A DNA stretch of 64,000 nt from Minisyncoccota bacterium (GTDB taxonomy: Bacteria; Patescibacteriota; Minisyncoccia; Phycocordibacterales; JABAAK01), in contig OZ244939.1 in NCBI GenBank assembly GCA_965222235.1, forward strand, positions 248,585-312,584, given 5' to 3'. Positions 10,066-20,590 of the stretch are shown here, piece by piece (positions within the stretch are counted from its first letter, which is position 1; every line of letters begins with the position of its first letter). The translations under genes were made by a program, and so were the position numbers. The notes under the pieces were generated by a model. That model saw only the letters and a list, made by a program, of their open reading frames with translations, was not told the origin of the DNA and made no database searches.

Positions 10066-10212
10066 ATGGAAATAGATGATGAGACAAAGAAACATATTCG
10101 GCATATATCGTTCTGGGTGCGGCTTTGGTCAATTATGAGTATTGTATGCCTCGTATCTGTTCCCTTTCTGGTAATATACCTCAACATCACCGCCAGTGTT
10201 TCATCCTCATGA
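10066..10212 (+). CDS. Small single-pass membrane protein (48 aa), missed by the ORF track
   Basis: MEIDDETKKHIRHISFWVRLWSIMSIVCLVSVPFLVIYLNITASVSSS*. Preceded by TGcTACAGT -10 box; ATGA overlap with the thioredoxin start. Confidence 0.6.
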   Translation: MEIDDETKKHIRHISFWVRLWSIMSIVCLVSVPFLVIYLNITASVSSS

Positions 10213-10754
10213 AAAACATTGTTGTTCTATATATACTCGGTGCCGTCATGGTGGCTGTGATAGGGTATGTATATATAACCGGCAATGAACACGATCCCGG
10301 TATCCGCACACTTCCTGTGTATCCCGCTGATATTTCCGCAGATGACCCCCGAGCGGCAGAACAGGCTGCACCGCCCGTTCTCAATGCTGAATCACCGGAT
10401 GCGGAGGCAATCCCACAGCTCCCGGCCGGTATGTATGTTGCATACAGCGGGGACGCCGTGCGGGAATATATATCGGCGAACCCAAGCGGGCGGGCGGTAC
10501 TCTTTTTCCATGCCGGATGGTGTCCCACCTGCCGATCCCTGCACAAAGCACTCACTGCCGCCGCGGATACTATACCCCCGGATATCGCCATATTCAAAGT
10601 AAACTATGACACGGAAAAGGAACTAAAACGTATATACCGGATAACCAGGCAGCACACCTTGGTTCTGCTGGACAGCAATCTGCAACCCGTGGACACCTGG
10701 TACGGTTCCCAAAATCTTGATGATGTAATCGCCCGTATTCACCGCGCACAGTAA
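10209..10754 (+). CDS. Membrane-anchored thioredoxin-like protein
   Basis: N-terminal TM, LFFHAGWCPTC, KVNYD, QHTLV. Confidence 0.88.
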   Translation: MKNIVVLYILGAVMVAVIGYVYITGNEHDPGIRTLPVYPADISADDPRAAEQAAPPVLNAESPDAEAIPQLPAGMYVAYSGDAVREYISANPSGRAVLFFHAGWCPTCRSLHKALTAAADTIPPDIAIFKVNYDTEKELKRIYRITRQHTLVLLDSNLQPVDTWYGSQNLDDVIARIHRAQ

Positions 10755-10756
10755 CT

Positions 10757-11473
10757 ATGGAACCTTCTTTTCTCATCGCGGCATTTATTGCCGGCTTTCT
10801 TACCGCACTGGCGCCGTGCCAGCTGCCGTTTCTGCCGGTTATCATCGGCGGGTCCGTCGGCGGCGCGCGCCGAAATTCGTACATCATCATCGGATCCCTC
10901 CTTTCCTCAATCGTTATCTTCACCTTCATTATTGAAGGACTCGCCTCATTGTTCTATGTCCCGAACGAGGTGTGGGCATATATATCCGGTTCGCTGGTGC
11001 TGTTTGTCGGCATATCGTTTCTGTTTCCGTCGGTGTGGACGCGCATGCCGTTCATCTCCCGTTTCCTACACACATCCAATACCGCTATCGGCGCGCGCGC
11101 GGCGCGGCGCGGCCATGTCAACGACATGGTCATCGGCGCGGCACTGGGTCCCGCATTCTCGTCCTGTTCACCGACATACCTGCTCATCCTGCCGATACTG
11201 CTGTCATCAGCATTTCTCGAAGGGCTGCTGTACCTCTTCGCCTTTCTCGCCGGACTCGGCGCGGTGCTTCTTTTTGTCGCCCTGCTCGGACAGATGGCGG
11301 TCAGGCGGCTCAATATCATGGCGGACACAAGAGGCTGGTTCAAGCGCATTGTCGGCATTCTCATTGTTCTTGTCGGCATTTCCATACTGACGGGGTATAA
11401 CCGTGTTATTGAAGAACGCCTGCTGGATATTGAGTTTCTCAGCACCTCGCACGTTGAAACGCACATCAGATAA
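10757..11473 (+). CDS. ccdA: CcdA/DsbD-type disulfide-transfer membrane protein
   Basis: AGFLTALAPCQLPFLP and GPAFSSCSP motifs, about 6 TMs. Confidence 0.85.
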   Translation: MEPSFLIAAFIAGFLTALAPCQLPFLPVIIGGSVGGARRNSYIIIGSLLSSIVIFTFIIEGLASLFYVPNEVWAYISGSLVLFVGISFLFPSVWTRMPFISRFLHTSNTAIGARAARRGHVNDMVIGAALGPAFSSCSPTYLLILPILLSSAFLEGLLYLFAFLAGLGAVLLFVALLGQMAVRRLNIMADTRGWFKRIVGILIVLVGISILTGYNRVIEERLLDIEFLSTSHVETHIR

Positions 11474-12428
11474 CGGGATTCAGCGGACTGCCGCCCTGCA
11501 GCACGGCAATGACATTGTTCGCGGCCATTTCAGCCATGCGACTCCGGGTTGCCACGCTCGCCGATGCGGTATGCGGCGTCAGTACAACATTGGACAGCCG
11601 GCGGAGCCTGCGCGGCACCTCGGGCTCATGTTCAAAAACATCCAGACCGGCACCGAAGATGGTCCCGTTTTCAAGCGCCGAAGCGAGCGCCTCCTCGTCA
11701 ATCACGGCGCCCCGGGAGGTGTTCACCAATATCGCGCCCGGTTTCATGTATGTAAGCCGCGTTTCATTCAGGAAGTGATAGGTGATCTCCGTCAGCGGCA
11801 GATGCACTGATATGACATCCGATCGGCGCAGCACATCCTCGGGCGCATCGCACCGCTGCGCGCTGACCGACTGTTCAAGTGCGGGGTTCGCCTGAATGTC
11901 GTAATAGCAGACGGACATGTTGAATCCCTTCCCCGCCATTTCGGCGACCCTGCTGCCGATACGACCCGCGCCCAGTATGCCGAGGGTGCCGCCGCGCAGA
12001 TCAAGCCCAAGCAGCAGCTCCGGCTCCCAGCCGGTAAATCGTCCGCCGCGGACGAAAGTATCCGCTTCCACGACCCGGGTTGCGACCGCGCATATCAGCG
12101 CTATTGTATGTTCCGCAACCGTTTCGGTGAGCACACCCGGCGTGTTGGTCACTATCAGACCCCGATCCTGTGCTTCCTGCACCATAATATTGTTGTACCC
12201 AACGGCATAATTGGCGATGACGCGCATATCGGAGCCGACCGCATCAAGCACTTCCATATCAACGGCGTCAGTGAGCAGTGTAATCATTCCGTCATACGGC
12301 CGTTTCCTGAGCGCGCGGACAACATGTTTCTTCTTCGTGCCGTCGGGCAGTATGTCAAATGTAATGCCTGCCCCGCGCAGCAGCTGCAGACCGGCATCGG
12401 GAATATGACGGGTAATGAGAACATGCAT
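11466..12428 (-). CDS. D-2-hydroxyacid dehydrogenase (glyoxylate reductase/D-glycerate dehydrogenase)
   Basis: NYAVGYNNI, NTPGVLTETVAE, GAGRIG, NTSRGAVIDE, GLDVFEHEP, LTPHTASAS. Confidence 0.92.
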   Translation of the reverse strand: MHVLITRHIPDAGLQLLRGAGITFDILPDGTKKKHVVRALRKRPYDGMITLLTDAVDMEVLDAVGSDMRVIANYAVGYNNIMVQEAQDRGLIVTNTPGVLTETVAEHTIALICAVATRVVEADTFVRGGRFTGWEPELLLGLDLRGGTLGILGAGRIGSRVAEMAGKGFNMSVCYYDIQANPALEQSVSAQRCDAPEDVLRRSDVISVHLPLTEITYHFLNETRLTYMKPGAILVNTSRGAVIDEEALASALENGTIFGAGLDVFEHEPEVPRRLRRLSNVVLTPHTASASVATRSRMAEMAANNVIAVLQGGSPLNPVI

Positions 12429-12497
12429 ACATACTCAGTATATATCACCCATACACATATACGCGCGACTGTACACACGCATGGTATATATACATAT

Positions 12498-13493
12498 ATG
12501 AACGGCACCTTCTTTTCCCTCGGCGATGTCACCACCGACGCGTTTATCACGCTGCAGGATGCGAAAGTGGACTGCACCGTTGACCCCGAACAGTGCACCA
12601 TTTCCATGCGCTGGGGGGATAAGATTCCGTACAGGAGCGTCACCGTTGTGCCGGCGGTCGGCAACAGCGCGAACGCCGCCGTAGCGGCGGCGCGCCTCGG
12701 CATACCGGCCAGCTTTGTATCTTTTGTCGGCGCCGACCGCAACGGTGAGGAATGTGTCGCGGCACTCAAAGATGAAGGAGTGGATACCGCATATATTACC
12801 GCGGAGCCGGGAAAAAGCACCAACTATCACTTCGTACTTTCATATGAAGCGGAGCGGACGATACTGGTGCGGCACGAACACTTCTCATACAAACTCCCTG
12901 AACTCCCGGACACCGTATCCTGGCTCTACTTCTCTTCGGTCGGCGAGGCGGCGGAAACATTGCATGACAATCTGGCGGCGTGGCTTGCCGTCCGTCCGAA
13001 GGTGAAAATGGTGTTTCAGCCGGGAACCTTTCAGATTCGGCTGGGGTATGAACGGCTACAGGATATCTACGAGAAAACGCATCTCTTTGTGTGCAACAAG
13101 CAGGAAGCGCAGCGCATCCTGAAAACCAAAGAATCGGACTGCCGGACGCTGGCATGCAGCATGCGGGCGAAAGGTCCCAAGATTGTATCCGTAACGGACG
13201 GACCGAACGGTGCCTACGCATATGACGGCGAAGCGGTGCTGTTCGTACCGCAGTATCCGGACATATCTCCGCCGAAAGAACGGACGGGTGCGGGTGACGC
13301 ATACACCGCGACACTTGCCGTGTTTCTCGCCAAAGGATACCCGCTCAAAGAAGCACTGCTGCGGGCTCCGATTAACTCAATGTCAGTTGTGCAGCATATC
13401 GGCGCACAGAAAGGGCTGCTCACAGAGCAGGACATACAGCGGTATCTGGACCGGGCGCCGGAGACATACGCAGTTTCAATACTCCCCCGTTAG
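12498..13493 (+). CDS. PfkB-family carbohydrate kinase
   Basis: GNSANAAVAAARLG, NKQEA, VTDGPNGA, ERTGAGDAY. Start MNGTFF. Confidence 0.9.
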   Translation: MNGTFFSLGDVTTDAFITLQDAKVDCTVDPEQCTISMRWGDKIPYRSVTVVPAVGNSANAAVAAARLGIPASFVSFVGADRNGEECVAALKDEGVDTAYITAEPGKSTNYHFVLSYEAERTILVRHEHFSYKLPELPDTVSWLYFSSVGEAAETLHDNLAAWLAVRPKVKMVFQPGTFQIRLGYERLQDIYEKTHLFVCNKQEAQRILKTKESDCRTLACSMRAKGPKIVSVTDGPNGAYAYDGEAVLFVPQYPDISPPKERTGAGDAYTATLAVFLAKGYPLKEALLRAPINSMSVVQHIGAQKGLLTEQDIQRYLDRAPETYAVSILPR

Positions 13494-14146
13494 CGACGGC
13501 GCGTAACATATGCCATGCCGCGGTGTGCAAGGCGCTCAATATATGGGCTGGCGATGATTGAAAGAAGCAGAAAGAGAATGAACGCGGTGAGAAACATGCC
13601 GATGGTTCTGCCCTCACTCTCCGTGAGAAGCTGCCTGCCGATAAGCACGCCGGGAATGAATATGCACCCTCCCCACAATATGGTGACAATCATATCCCGA
13701 ATGATGAACTGCAGGACGGTCATCCGATAGCGGAGCGCAAAGAAAAAGATGGTGATTTTTGTAAACGGCAGCACCTTCAGGACAAACAGAAGGAGCAGCG
13801 GGAATGATTGGTATTCCAATTCATACTCCTTAATCCGGTTGCAGAAGCCGACGAGGAATGGCGGCACGGACAGACATTCTATCTGTTTCCGAAACAGACC
13901 GTACCGGCGGATACACTTAACGCCGAGAAATACCGCGGTATCATAGAATACAACGCTCAGAAACATCAACAGAACGGCAAACAATGATGTATCGCCCGAT
14001 CCGAACAGCACACTTATGAAATATATACCCACTTCACCGGTGAGAATCGGGGTGAGCACCGCAATGAGATACTGATGCTCCTCCACAAATATGATGAACT
14101 CATTAAATGCTTCCGGTGAGGATATTATACCGAGAAGATCAATCAT
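13490..14146 (-). CDS. DedA/VTT-like membrane protein
   Basis: About 5 TMs, with YDTAVFLG and KVLPFTK in DedA-like positions. Confidence 0.55.
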   Translation of the reverse strand: MIDLLGIISSPEAFNEFIIFVEEHQYLIAVLTPILTGEVGIYFISVLFGSGDTSLFAVLLMFLSVVFYDTAVFLGVKCIRRYGLFRKQIECLSVPPFLVGFCNRIKEYELEYQSFPLLLLFVLKVLPFTKITIFFFALRYRMTVLQFIIRDMIVTILWGGCIFIPGVLIGRQLLTESEGRTIGMFLTAFILFLLLSIIASPYIERLAHRGMAYVTRRR

Positions 14147-15126
14147 ACTCGTTCGGCGGCGGTGCGGATAACAGCAATAATATGATCCTTGGTCAGGCTG
14201 TAATGCGTAAGCAGCTCCTCGGGCGTGCCGGACTGACCGAACACATCATCAATGCCGATACGGTATACCGGCATCGGACATTCTTCGGACAGACGCTCGG
14301 CGACTGCCGAGCCAAGACCGCCGATTCGCTGATGCTCCTCAACGGTCACCACCGCGCCGCTCTCGCGGGCGAGAGAACAGACTGCGCCGTCAAGCGGCTT
14401 GACGGTCGGCACATTCACAACGATGCAGCCGATATCCCTCTCAAGATCCATCGCCGCCTGTACGGCGGTATGGAGTATCGCTCCGCAGGCAAATACGGTC
14501 ACGCGGGGGCGGCTGCTCCTGAATACACAATACGCCCTGCCGATTTCAAACGGCGAAATGTCGGTGGTCATCACCGCCGTCGGCTCCCGCTGCAGGCGGA
14601 TGTAGACCGGTCCGTCATACGCCGCGGCGGCAATGGTCGCCTTGCGCGCCTCTTCCGCATCACAGGGAACGAGCACCGTCATCCGAGGAATGACCCGGGT
14701 GATGGCTATATCTTCCAGCGCCTGATGCGTGCCGCCGTCGGGACCGACGGAGACGCCGGCATGCGATCCGACTATTTTTGCATTTGCGTTGTTGTAGCAA
14801 ATAGTGGTGCGAATCTGCTCCCAGTTTCGTCCGGGGGAAAACACTGCATATGAGGTGAAGAACGGTACCTTTCCCATCGCCGCCATACCGGATGCGACGG
14901 ATGCCATGGACTGTTCACCGATACCCATCTCAAAAAACCGACCCGGGAAACGCTCTTTGAAATAGTGGGTCTTGGTTGATTCCGTCAGATCGGCGCACAG
15001 CGCGACGACGCGGATATCCTTCTCCCCCGCCTGAACCAGGCCCCGTCCATATCCCTCGCGAATCGGAACATATTCCTCCTGTTCGCTGAACGCCTTGCCG
15101 TGAATGTGTATATTCTTCTCCAACAT
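14143..15126 (-). CDS. Transketolase, C-terminal (pyrimidine-binding) subunit
   Basis: ADLTEST, GIGEQSM, GPDGGTHQALED, VEEHQRIGGLGSAV. Confidence 0.93.
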   Translation of the reverse strand: MLEKNIHIHGKAFSEQEEYVPIREGYGRGLVQAGEKDIRVVALCADLTESTKTHYFKERFPGRFFEMGIGEQSMASVASGMAAMGKVPFFTSYAVFSPGRNWEQIRTTICYNNANAKIVGSHAGVSVGPDGGTHQALEDIAITRVIPRMTVLVPCDAEEARKATIAAAAYDGPVYIRLQREPTAVMTTDISPFEIGRAYCVFRSSRPRVTVFACGAILHTAVQAAMDLERDIGCIVVNVPTVKPLDGAVCSLARESGAVVTVEEHQRIGGLGSAVAERLSEECPMPVYRIGIDDVFGQSGTPEELLTHYSLTKDHIIAVIRTAAERV

Positions 15127-15127
15127 A

Positions 15128-16018
15128 TTATTCGCATTCTGACACAATAGTTCCCTTCAGTGTGCGCAACTGTTTGAGCGCGCATTCGCCCTGCCGGTCT
15201 TTCGTCAGCACATCCTCCGGCCCCTTACCCGGAGGAACGCCGTGCCAGCGGTAGTCCCGCTCAAACTGCGGTACACCCTTTCCGGGAATTGTGTGGGCAA
15301 TGATGACGACGGGCTGAAACGCCGACTGTGCCTCACCGAACGCGGTATAGAGATCCTGAATACTGTGCCCGTCAACATCAACAACATGCCAGTTGAATGA
15401 TTCAAATTTTTCCCTGAGCGGCTCAAGCGGCATGATGTCGCGGGTGAACCCGTCTATCTGAATCCCGTTCCGGTCCACAACGGCAATAAGATTGTGGGGC
15501 TGCTCCCTGCCGGCGAGCATGACTGCCTCCCAGGTCTGTCCGCAGTTCAGCTCTCCGTCACTCATAAGACAGTAGAAAAAGATATGTGACTGCGGCCGTT
15601 CAATCCGGTCCGCGAGCGCCATACCGACCGCCTGCGAGAGTCCGGAGCCGAGCGGTCCCGAACTCGTCTCTATGCTCGGAAGAAACTCACGATGCGGATG
15701 TCCCTGTAACTTGGTGCCGAATTTTCTGAGTGTTTTCAGCTCTTTTACCGGAAAGTAGCCGGCGTGTGCCATTGTTGAGTAGAGCACCGGACAAATGTGG
15801 CCGTTTGAAAGTATCAGCCGGTCGCGGCTGTCCATGTGCGGATTCTTCGGATCGTACCGCATGACGGCGAAAAAGAGTGTCGCGAACACATCGGCCATGC
15901 CGAGCGGACCGGCGGTGTGCCCCGAACCCGCTTCTATGAGCGATTCAATGAGCGACACACGAATCTGATTTGCCTTTTTTTCAATAACGGCAACCTCTCT
16001 GTCCTGTAAATGCTCCAT
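15128..16018 (-). CDS. Transketolase, N-terminal (TPP-binding) subunit
   Basis: GSGH, RDRLILSNGH, LQGHP, GPLGSGLS, SDGELNCGQTWEA. Confidence 0.93.
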   Translation of the reverse strand: MEHLQDREVAVIEKKANQIRVSLIESLIEAGSGHTAGPLGMADVFATLFFAVMRYDPKNPHMDSRDRLILSNGHICPVLYSTMAHAGYFPVKELKTLRKFGTKLQGHPHREFLPSIETSSGPLGSGLSQAVGMALADRIERPQSHIFFYCLMSDGELNCGQTWEAVMLAGREQPHNLIAVVDRNGIQIDGFTRDIMPLEPLREKFESFNWHVVDVDGHSIQDLYTAFGEAQSAFQPVVIIAHTIPGKGVPQFERDYRWHGVPPGKGPEDVLTKDRQGECALKQLRTLKGTIVSECE

Positions 16019-16112
16019 TTTATATCAGCATAGCACACCGCCGAACGGACGACCGTCTGTTATCTACAAAATAGGGGCGAATGAAAGGAACCGCGGTATA
16101 CTGCATATATCC

Positions 16113-16898
16113 ATGGAATCAATAGCCGTTTCTATCACCTACACCAGAACATTCCACTTTATCTCCGTCATCTTTGATGTGGCCAGCATCACTTATTTCC
16201 TCATATCCTTCTTTATGCTTGAAAGCCCGCTCGTGCCGCTGGAGATATTTCTCGGAACGTATTTCCTGCTGGAATACATTCTGCTATTTCTCGCAAGCGA
16301 GAATCGAACGGAATATATGAAACATCCGCTCGCCATCTCAAACACTCTTATCATATTCGGCTATCTCGCGGCACCGTTCTGGAATCTCGGATTCCTGCGC
16401 GTTCTGAGGTCGTTCCGTATCATCCACCTGTATCAGATCATACCGGACATACGCATGATGACCGACCGTATTATCATCTGGGAGAAAGTTCTGGCGGTGT
16501 TCTTCCATGTCTGCGTGCTTGTGTTCATCATCTCTGAGGTCATCTACCTGCTGCAGGTGGACATCAACAATGATATTAATTCACGGTTTGACGCCTTCTA
16601 CTTCACCACCAACGCCATCACTAAGGTCGGCAGCGGCGAAACCATCGAACTGGTCGGCCTGCAGGGGCAGATATTCACCCTGTTCATCGCCTTCCTCAGC
16701 CTGTCGGTCTTTGTACAGCTGCTGGATACGGCGCGGGAGGTTCAGCAGGTGCGGCTGAGGAACAAGAAGGAGAAAATGAAAAAGGAAGCGGGCAGAAAAA
16801 CAAACGAAATATATTCCGAACAGATATGCACATTTTGTGATATTAAAAACCGGGAGAAAATTGCGAAAGACAAAAAGAAACAGCAGCGATATATATAA
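16113..16898 (+). CDS. Voltage-gated-type ion channel (6 TM) with atypical filter
   Basis: S4-like FLRVLRSFRIIHL and pore helix FDAFYFTTNAITKVGSGE. Confidence 0.75.
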   Translation: MESIAVSITYTRTFHFISVIFDVASITYFLISFFMLESPLVPLEIFLGTYFLLEYILLFLASENRTEYMKHPLAISNTLIIFGYLAAPFWNLGFLRVLRSFRIIHLYQIIPDIRMMTDRIIIWEKVLAVFFHVCVLVFIISEVIYLLQVDINNDINSRFDAFYFTTNAITKVGSGETIELVGLQGQIFTLFIAFLSLSVFVQLLDTAREVQQVRLRNKKEKMKKEAGRKTNEIYSEQICTFCDIKNREKIAKDKKKQQRYI

Positions 16899-16968
16899 AA
16901 GCCCGAACGATGGCCATTCGGACTGTTTTACGATATAGAAGGGTATTCGCTCAAAACAAACGGAATAA

Positions 16969-17625
16969 TTACAACATGCGCGTCAGGTGAGTGAAATTTT
17001 CCTTCACATCTCCCCGGAAAAGCGCCGAGCCGACGGCAAATTGCGACACGCCGGCTTCAGCAAGCATCGGTAGTGTGTGTGCTGATATGCCGCCATCAAC
17101 GGTGACCGGTACGGCCGGCCGCAGCAGCCGCGCCGCCTCTATAAGCCCGACCGCCTGTTCATCAAACGGTGCGCCCTGCGCGCCGATGTGCCGGATACCC
17201 ATACACTGCACGCCGTCAATCTGGTTGATATATTTTTCAAGATCAGCAAGATTGTCGCCGATGACAATGCCGACGTATATTTCCCTGCCCGCGTCCCGCA
17301 CCTGCTGAATACACTGTTCCATATGCCGGGTGGAGCTGAGATGGATAATGCAGCGCGACACATTTGTTTTAAGGAAGTGTCGCAGCAACCGCTCCGGCGT
17401 GCTGATCATCAGATCTAACTCATACGCAATATGCAAATTATCCAGCCGTCCGATTTCATTCCGCATATCATGTTCCGTAAAGAACGGCCAGGTCGTGTTC
17501 GGCGCATGTATGCCGTCAACAATATCTATCTGCACATATGAGGCGATGTCCGACACGCAGGCAACCGCCTCGGCTATGCCGCCGAATGTCTGCTGCAATA
17601 TCGCGGGAATGATGCGGGGCTGCAT
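16969..17625 (-). CDS. rpe: Ribulose-phosphate 3-epimerase
   Basis: IIPAIL, QIDIVDG, GAQGAPF, VDGGI, VGSALF. Confidence 0.88.
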   Translation of the reverse strand: MQPRIIPAILQQTFGGIAEAVACVSDIASYVQIDIVDGIHAPNTTWPFFTEHDMRNEIGRLDNLHIAYELDLMISTPERLLRHFLKTNVSRCIIHLSSTRHMEQCIQQVRDAGREIYVGIVIGDNLADLEKYINQIDGVQCMGIRHIGAQGAPFDEQAVGLIEAARLLRPAVPVTVDGGISAHTLPMLAEAGVSQFAVGSALFRGDVKENFTHLTRML

Positions 17626-17639
17626 ATAGTATCACTGTA

Positions 17640-18080
17640 TCATCTGTCTATCTGTCCAATCCGCCGTATATGACGGTCCTCGGCGGAAAACGGTGTTGAG
17701 AGAAACAGTTCAACCGCTTCCCGCATCTGCGCGTCAGTAAGCAGTCGCGCGCCGATTGAAAGTACATTCGCGTCATTATGCCGCCGTCCGAGAGTGACTA
17801 TCTCCGGATCATGCGCCGGATATACAATTGCCCTGACACCGGGATGACGGTTCGCGACGATGGACTCCCCCTGCCCTGATCCGCCGAACATGATGCCGAC
17901 GGTATCGGAAAATTGCGCCACCCGTTTCGCAAGATCATGCATGTACGCCGGATAGTCATCAACGGGATTCATGGTGTGTGCGCCCACATCCTCAACGGTG
18001 TGCCCCTGCTCCGTGAGCAGGACCTTTATATCCTCCTTCATGGAAAAACCTGCATGATCTGCTGCAAGCACTATCTTCAT
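17640..18080 (-). CDS. rpiB: Ribose-5-phosphate isomerase B
   Basis: AADHAGF, DDYP, GGSGQGE, HNDANVLSIGAR, RHIRRI. Confidence 0.93.
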   Translation of the reverse strand: MKIVLAADHAGFSMKEDIKVLLTEQGHTVEDVGAHTMNPVDDYPAYMHDLAKRVAQFSDTVGIMFGGSGQGESIVANRHPGVRAIVYPAHDPEIVTLGRRHNDANVLSIGARLLTDAQMREAVELFLSTPFSAEDRHIRRIGQIDR

Positions 18081-19078
18081 ATGCTGTTCCTGGTATGTTC
18101 AATAAGCGACCGGGTATATCCCATTTCATTGTCGTACCACAGGAGTATTTTTATCAACGTCCCGTTTACCACCTTCGTCATACCGAGATCGGCGACTGAA
18201 ACGAACGGCTGACCGATAATATCCGATGAGACAACGGGGGCATCGGTCACGGCAAAGAGCGGGTCGGCAATATTCTTCAGCACTGTATTCACCTCATGCA
18301 CGGATGCGGCTTTCCCGGCAACGCAGGTCAGATCAATAAGCGAGCCGGCAACAATCGGCACTCTGAGTGCGATGCCGTCAAAACTGTTCTCAAGTGATGA
18401 AAGCACCTTGGTGGTGGCGACTGCAGCGCCGGTGGTGGTGGGAATGATATTCATCGCGGCAGCTCTGCCGTAGCGAAGGTTGTTCTTCTTTTTAGTCGGT
18501 CCGTCCACGGTCTGCTGCGATTTAGTGTAGCCGTGCACGGTGGTGAGAATAGCGCTTTCTATGCCGAATGCCTGATCAAGTGCGTCAAGAGGGATGCCCA
18601 CGGCATTGGTTGTACACGATGCGTTGGAGGTAACCGCACATGTTTTTGCCGTATCCGTGTTCAGTCCGACGAGCACGGTCGCTGCCTGCACATTCGCGGG
18701 CGGACTGCCTTTCGCGGGCGCGGTGATGATGGTGTGTCCGGCACCCGCAATATTATGTGCATATGCCTTTTCATAGCTGGTGAACACTCCGGTCGCCTCT
18801 ATGACAACATCAATATTCATGGCGCGCCACGGCAACTCGGTCGGATTCTTCGTCGAGAGCATGGAAATGGTTTTCTTCCCGATCCTGAGCGTATCGCCGT
18901 CCGCGACAACCTCTTCTCCGAATCTTCCGTACACCGTGTCGTACTGCAGCAGATATGCCGCTGTTTCACAGTCCATCAGATCATTGACCGCCACGACTGA
19001 TATATCTTTGCACGCGTGGGCAAGTCGAACATACGCCCGCCCTATTCTCCCGAATCCGTTAATTGCAACCCGCTTCAT
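18077..19078 (-). CDS. gap: Glyceraldehyde-3-phosphate dehydrogenase (type I)
   Basis: INGFGRIGR, SNASCTTN, NIIPTTTGAA, WYDNEMGY. Confidence 0.96.
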   Translation of the reverse strand: MKRVAINGFGRIGRAYVRLAHACKDISVVAVNDLMDCETAAYLLQYDTVYGRFGEEVVADGDTLRIGKKTISMLSTKNPTELPWRAMNIDVVIEATGVFTSYEKAYAHNIAGAGHTIITAPAKGSPPANVQAATVLVGLNTDTAKTCAVTSNASCTTNAVGIPLDALDQAFGIESAILTTVHGYTKSQQTVDGPTKKKNNLRYGRAAAMNIIPTTTGAAVATTKVLSSLENSFDGIALRVPIVAGSLIDLTCVAGKAASVHEVNTVLKNIADPLFAVTDAPVVSSDIIGQPFVSVADLGMTKVVNGTLIKILLWYDNEMGYTRSLIEHTRNSI

Positions 19079-19132
19079 ACCTATTGAACAGTGTAGCAGA
19101 TGTTTTGAATATGTATATACAGAAATATCCGG

Positions 19133-20545
19133 CTACATCAGTTTCTTTTTCAGCAGTTCCTGCACCTTCGCCGGATTCGCTGATCCTTTTGTTTCTTTCA
19201 TAACCTGGCCGACCAAAAATTGAAGTGCGCGCTCCTTGCCGGCACGGTATTCATCAGCCACATCGCCATGTCGTGCCGCAACAGCGGCGACGGCTTCACT
19301 GAGAACGCCCTCATCCGACTGCTGAAAGAGATTTTCTTCCTGAGCGACAGCGCGCGGACTGCCGCCCCGCTCAACAATAATTGCGATAATATCTTTGGCA
19401 CCGCGCGAGGAAATTGTTCCGGTGGTAATAAGTCCGATGAGCTCGGCCATCGCGTCTTCGGTCAGATTGGCAAAGAGGGCATCCCCCTTTGATTCGCTGT
19501 ACCGCATGACATCGGAGAGCAGATAATTCGCCGCAAGACGGGGGGCGTCGGCGTGATTAACGGATGCGGCAACATAATCAAACATATCCGCAAATGCCGT
19601 ATGTTTCACCAGGCGCTCCGCCTGCTCCTCCGGCAGACTGAAATCAGCAATGTAGCGGTCTTTTCTCTGCAGCGGCAGTTCGGGAATGGTTTTTCTGAGC
19701 GAGTCCTCATCCCAGCCCGGCACCTGATCAATGCGGCACGGCGGTATATCCGGCTCCGGCATGTAGCGGTATTCCGCTGATGTTTCCTTCAGTCGTTGAG
19801 AAAATGTTTTTCCGGTATGTTCGTTCCATCCCCGCGTTTCCTGTACCACATTCTCCCCGCTCTCCAGAAGATTCGTCTGTCGCTCAATTTCAAACAGGAT
19901 GGCACCGCACAGTGCTCTGAACGAATTGAGGTTCTTGACTTCCGCTTTGGTGCCGGGCGTACCGGTTGTGCTGACGGAGATATTCGCCTCAACCCGCATC
20001 TCACCCCATTCCATCCTGGCACGCGCAACACCGAGGTACCGAAGTATCAGCTGCAGCATCTCCGCGAACCGTCTCGCCTCTTCCGCATCGTGTATCACCG
20101 GACCGGTGACAAGCTCCATGAGCGGCACGCCGGACCGGTTAAAATCAATGACGGATCCCTGATCCGTGACATCATGGGAGCTCTTTGCGGTATCTTCCTC
20201 AAGATGAATCCGTTCAATGAAAACACCGAGCAGTTCCGCGTTTTTCACCAGCGGATACGGATACTGGCTGATCTGATATCCTTTCGGAATATCGGGATAG
20301 AAATAGTGTTTTCGATCAAATGCAGTGTATGTCGCCAGCTCCCCGCCGAGCGCGGTGCCGATACGCAGCATGTGCTCAACCGCCTTTCTATTGAGAAACG
20401 GCAGAGCGCCCGGATAGCCCATACAGACCGGACAGATGTGGGTGTTAGGCTGCTGCTCATTCGGGTCATTGCGGCAACCGCAGAAAAGTTTGCTTTCGGT
20501 CAACAGTTCCGCATGAATTTCAAGACCTATCGTCGGCGTATACAT
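19133..20545 (-). CDS. gatB: Asp/Glu-tRNA amidotransferase subunit B
   Basis: IGLEIHAEL..SKLFC, FDRKHYFYPD, HLEED, GQVMKETKGSANP. Confidence 0.97.
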   Translation of the reverse strand: MYTPTIGLEIHAELLTESKLFCGCRNDPNEQQPNTHICPVCMGYPGALPFLNRKAVEHMLRIGTALGGELATYTAFDRKHYFYPDIPKGYQISQYPYPLVKNAELLGVFIERIHLEEDTAKSSHDVTDQGSVIDFNRSGVPLMELVTGPVIHDAEEARRFAEMLQLILRYLGVARARMEWGEMRVEANISVSTTGTPGTKAEVKNLNSFRALCGAILFEIERQTNLLESGENVVQETRGWNEHTGKTFSQRLKETSAEYRYMPEPDIPPCRIDQVPGWDEDSLRKTIPELPLQRKDRYIADFSLPEEQAERLVKHTAFADMFDYVAASVNHADAPRLAANYLLSDVMRYSESKGDALFANLTEDAMAELIGLITTGTISSRGAKDIIAIIVERGGSPRAVAQEENLFQQSDEGVLSEAVAAVAARHGDVADEYRAGKERALQFLVGQVMKETKGSANPAKVQELLKKKLM

Positions 20546-20590
20546 ACAGGCAGTGTAGCAAACATTCCGTCAATACAGAAATCACTCAGA

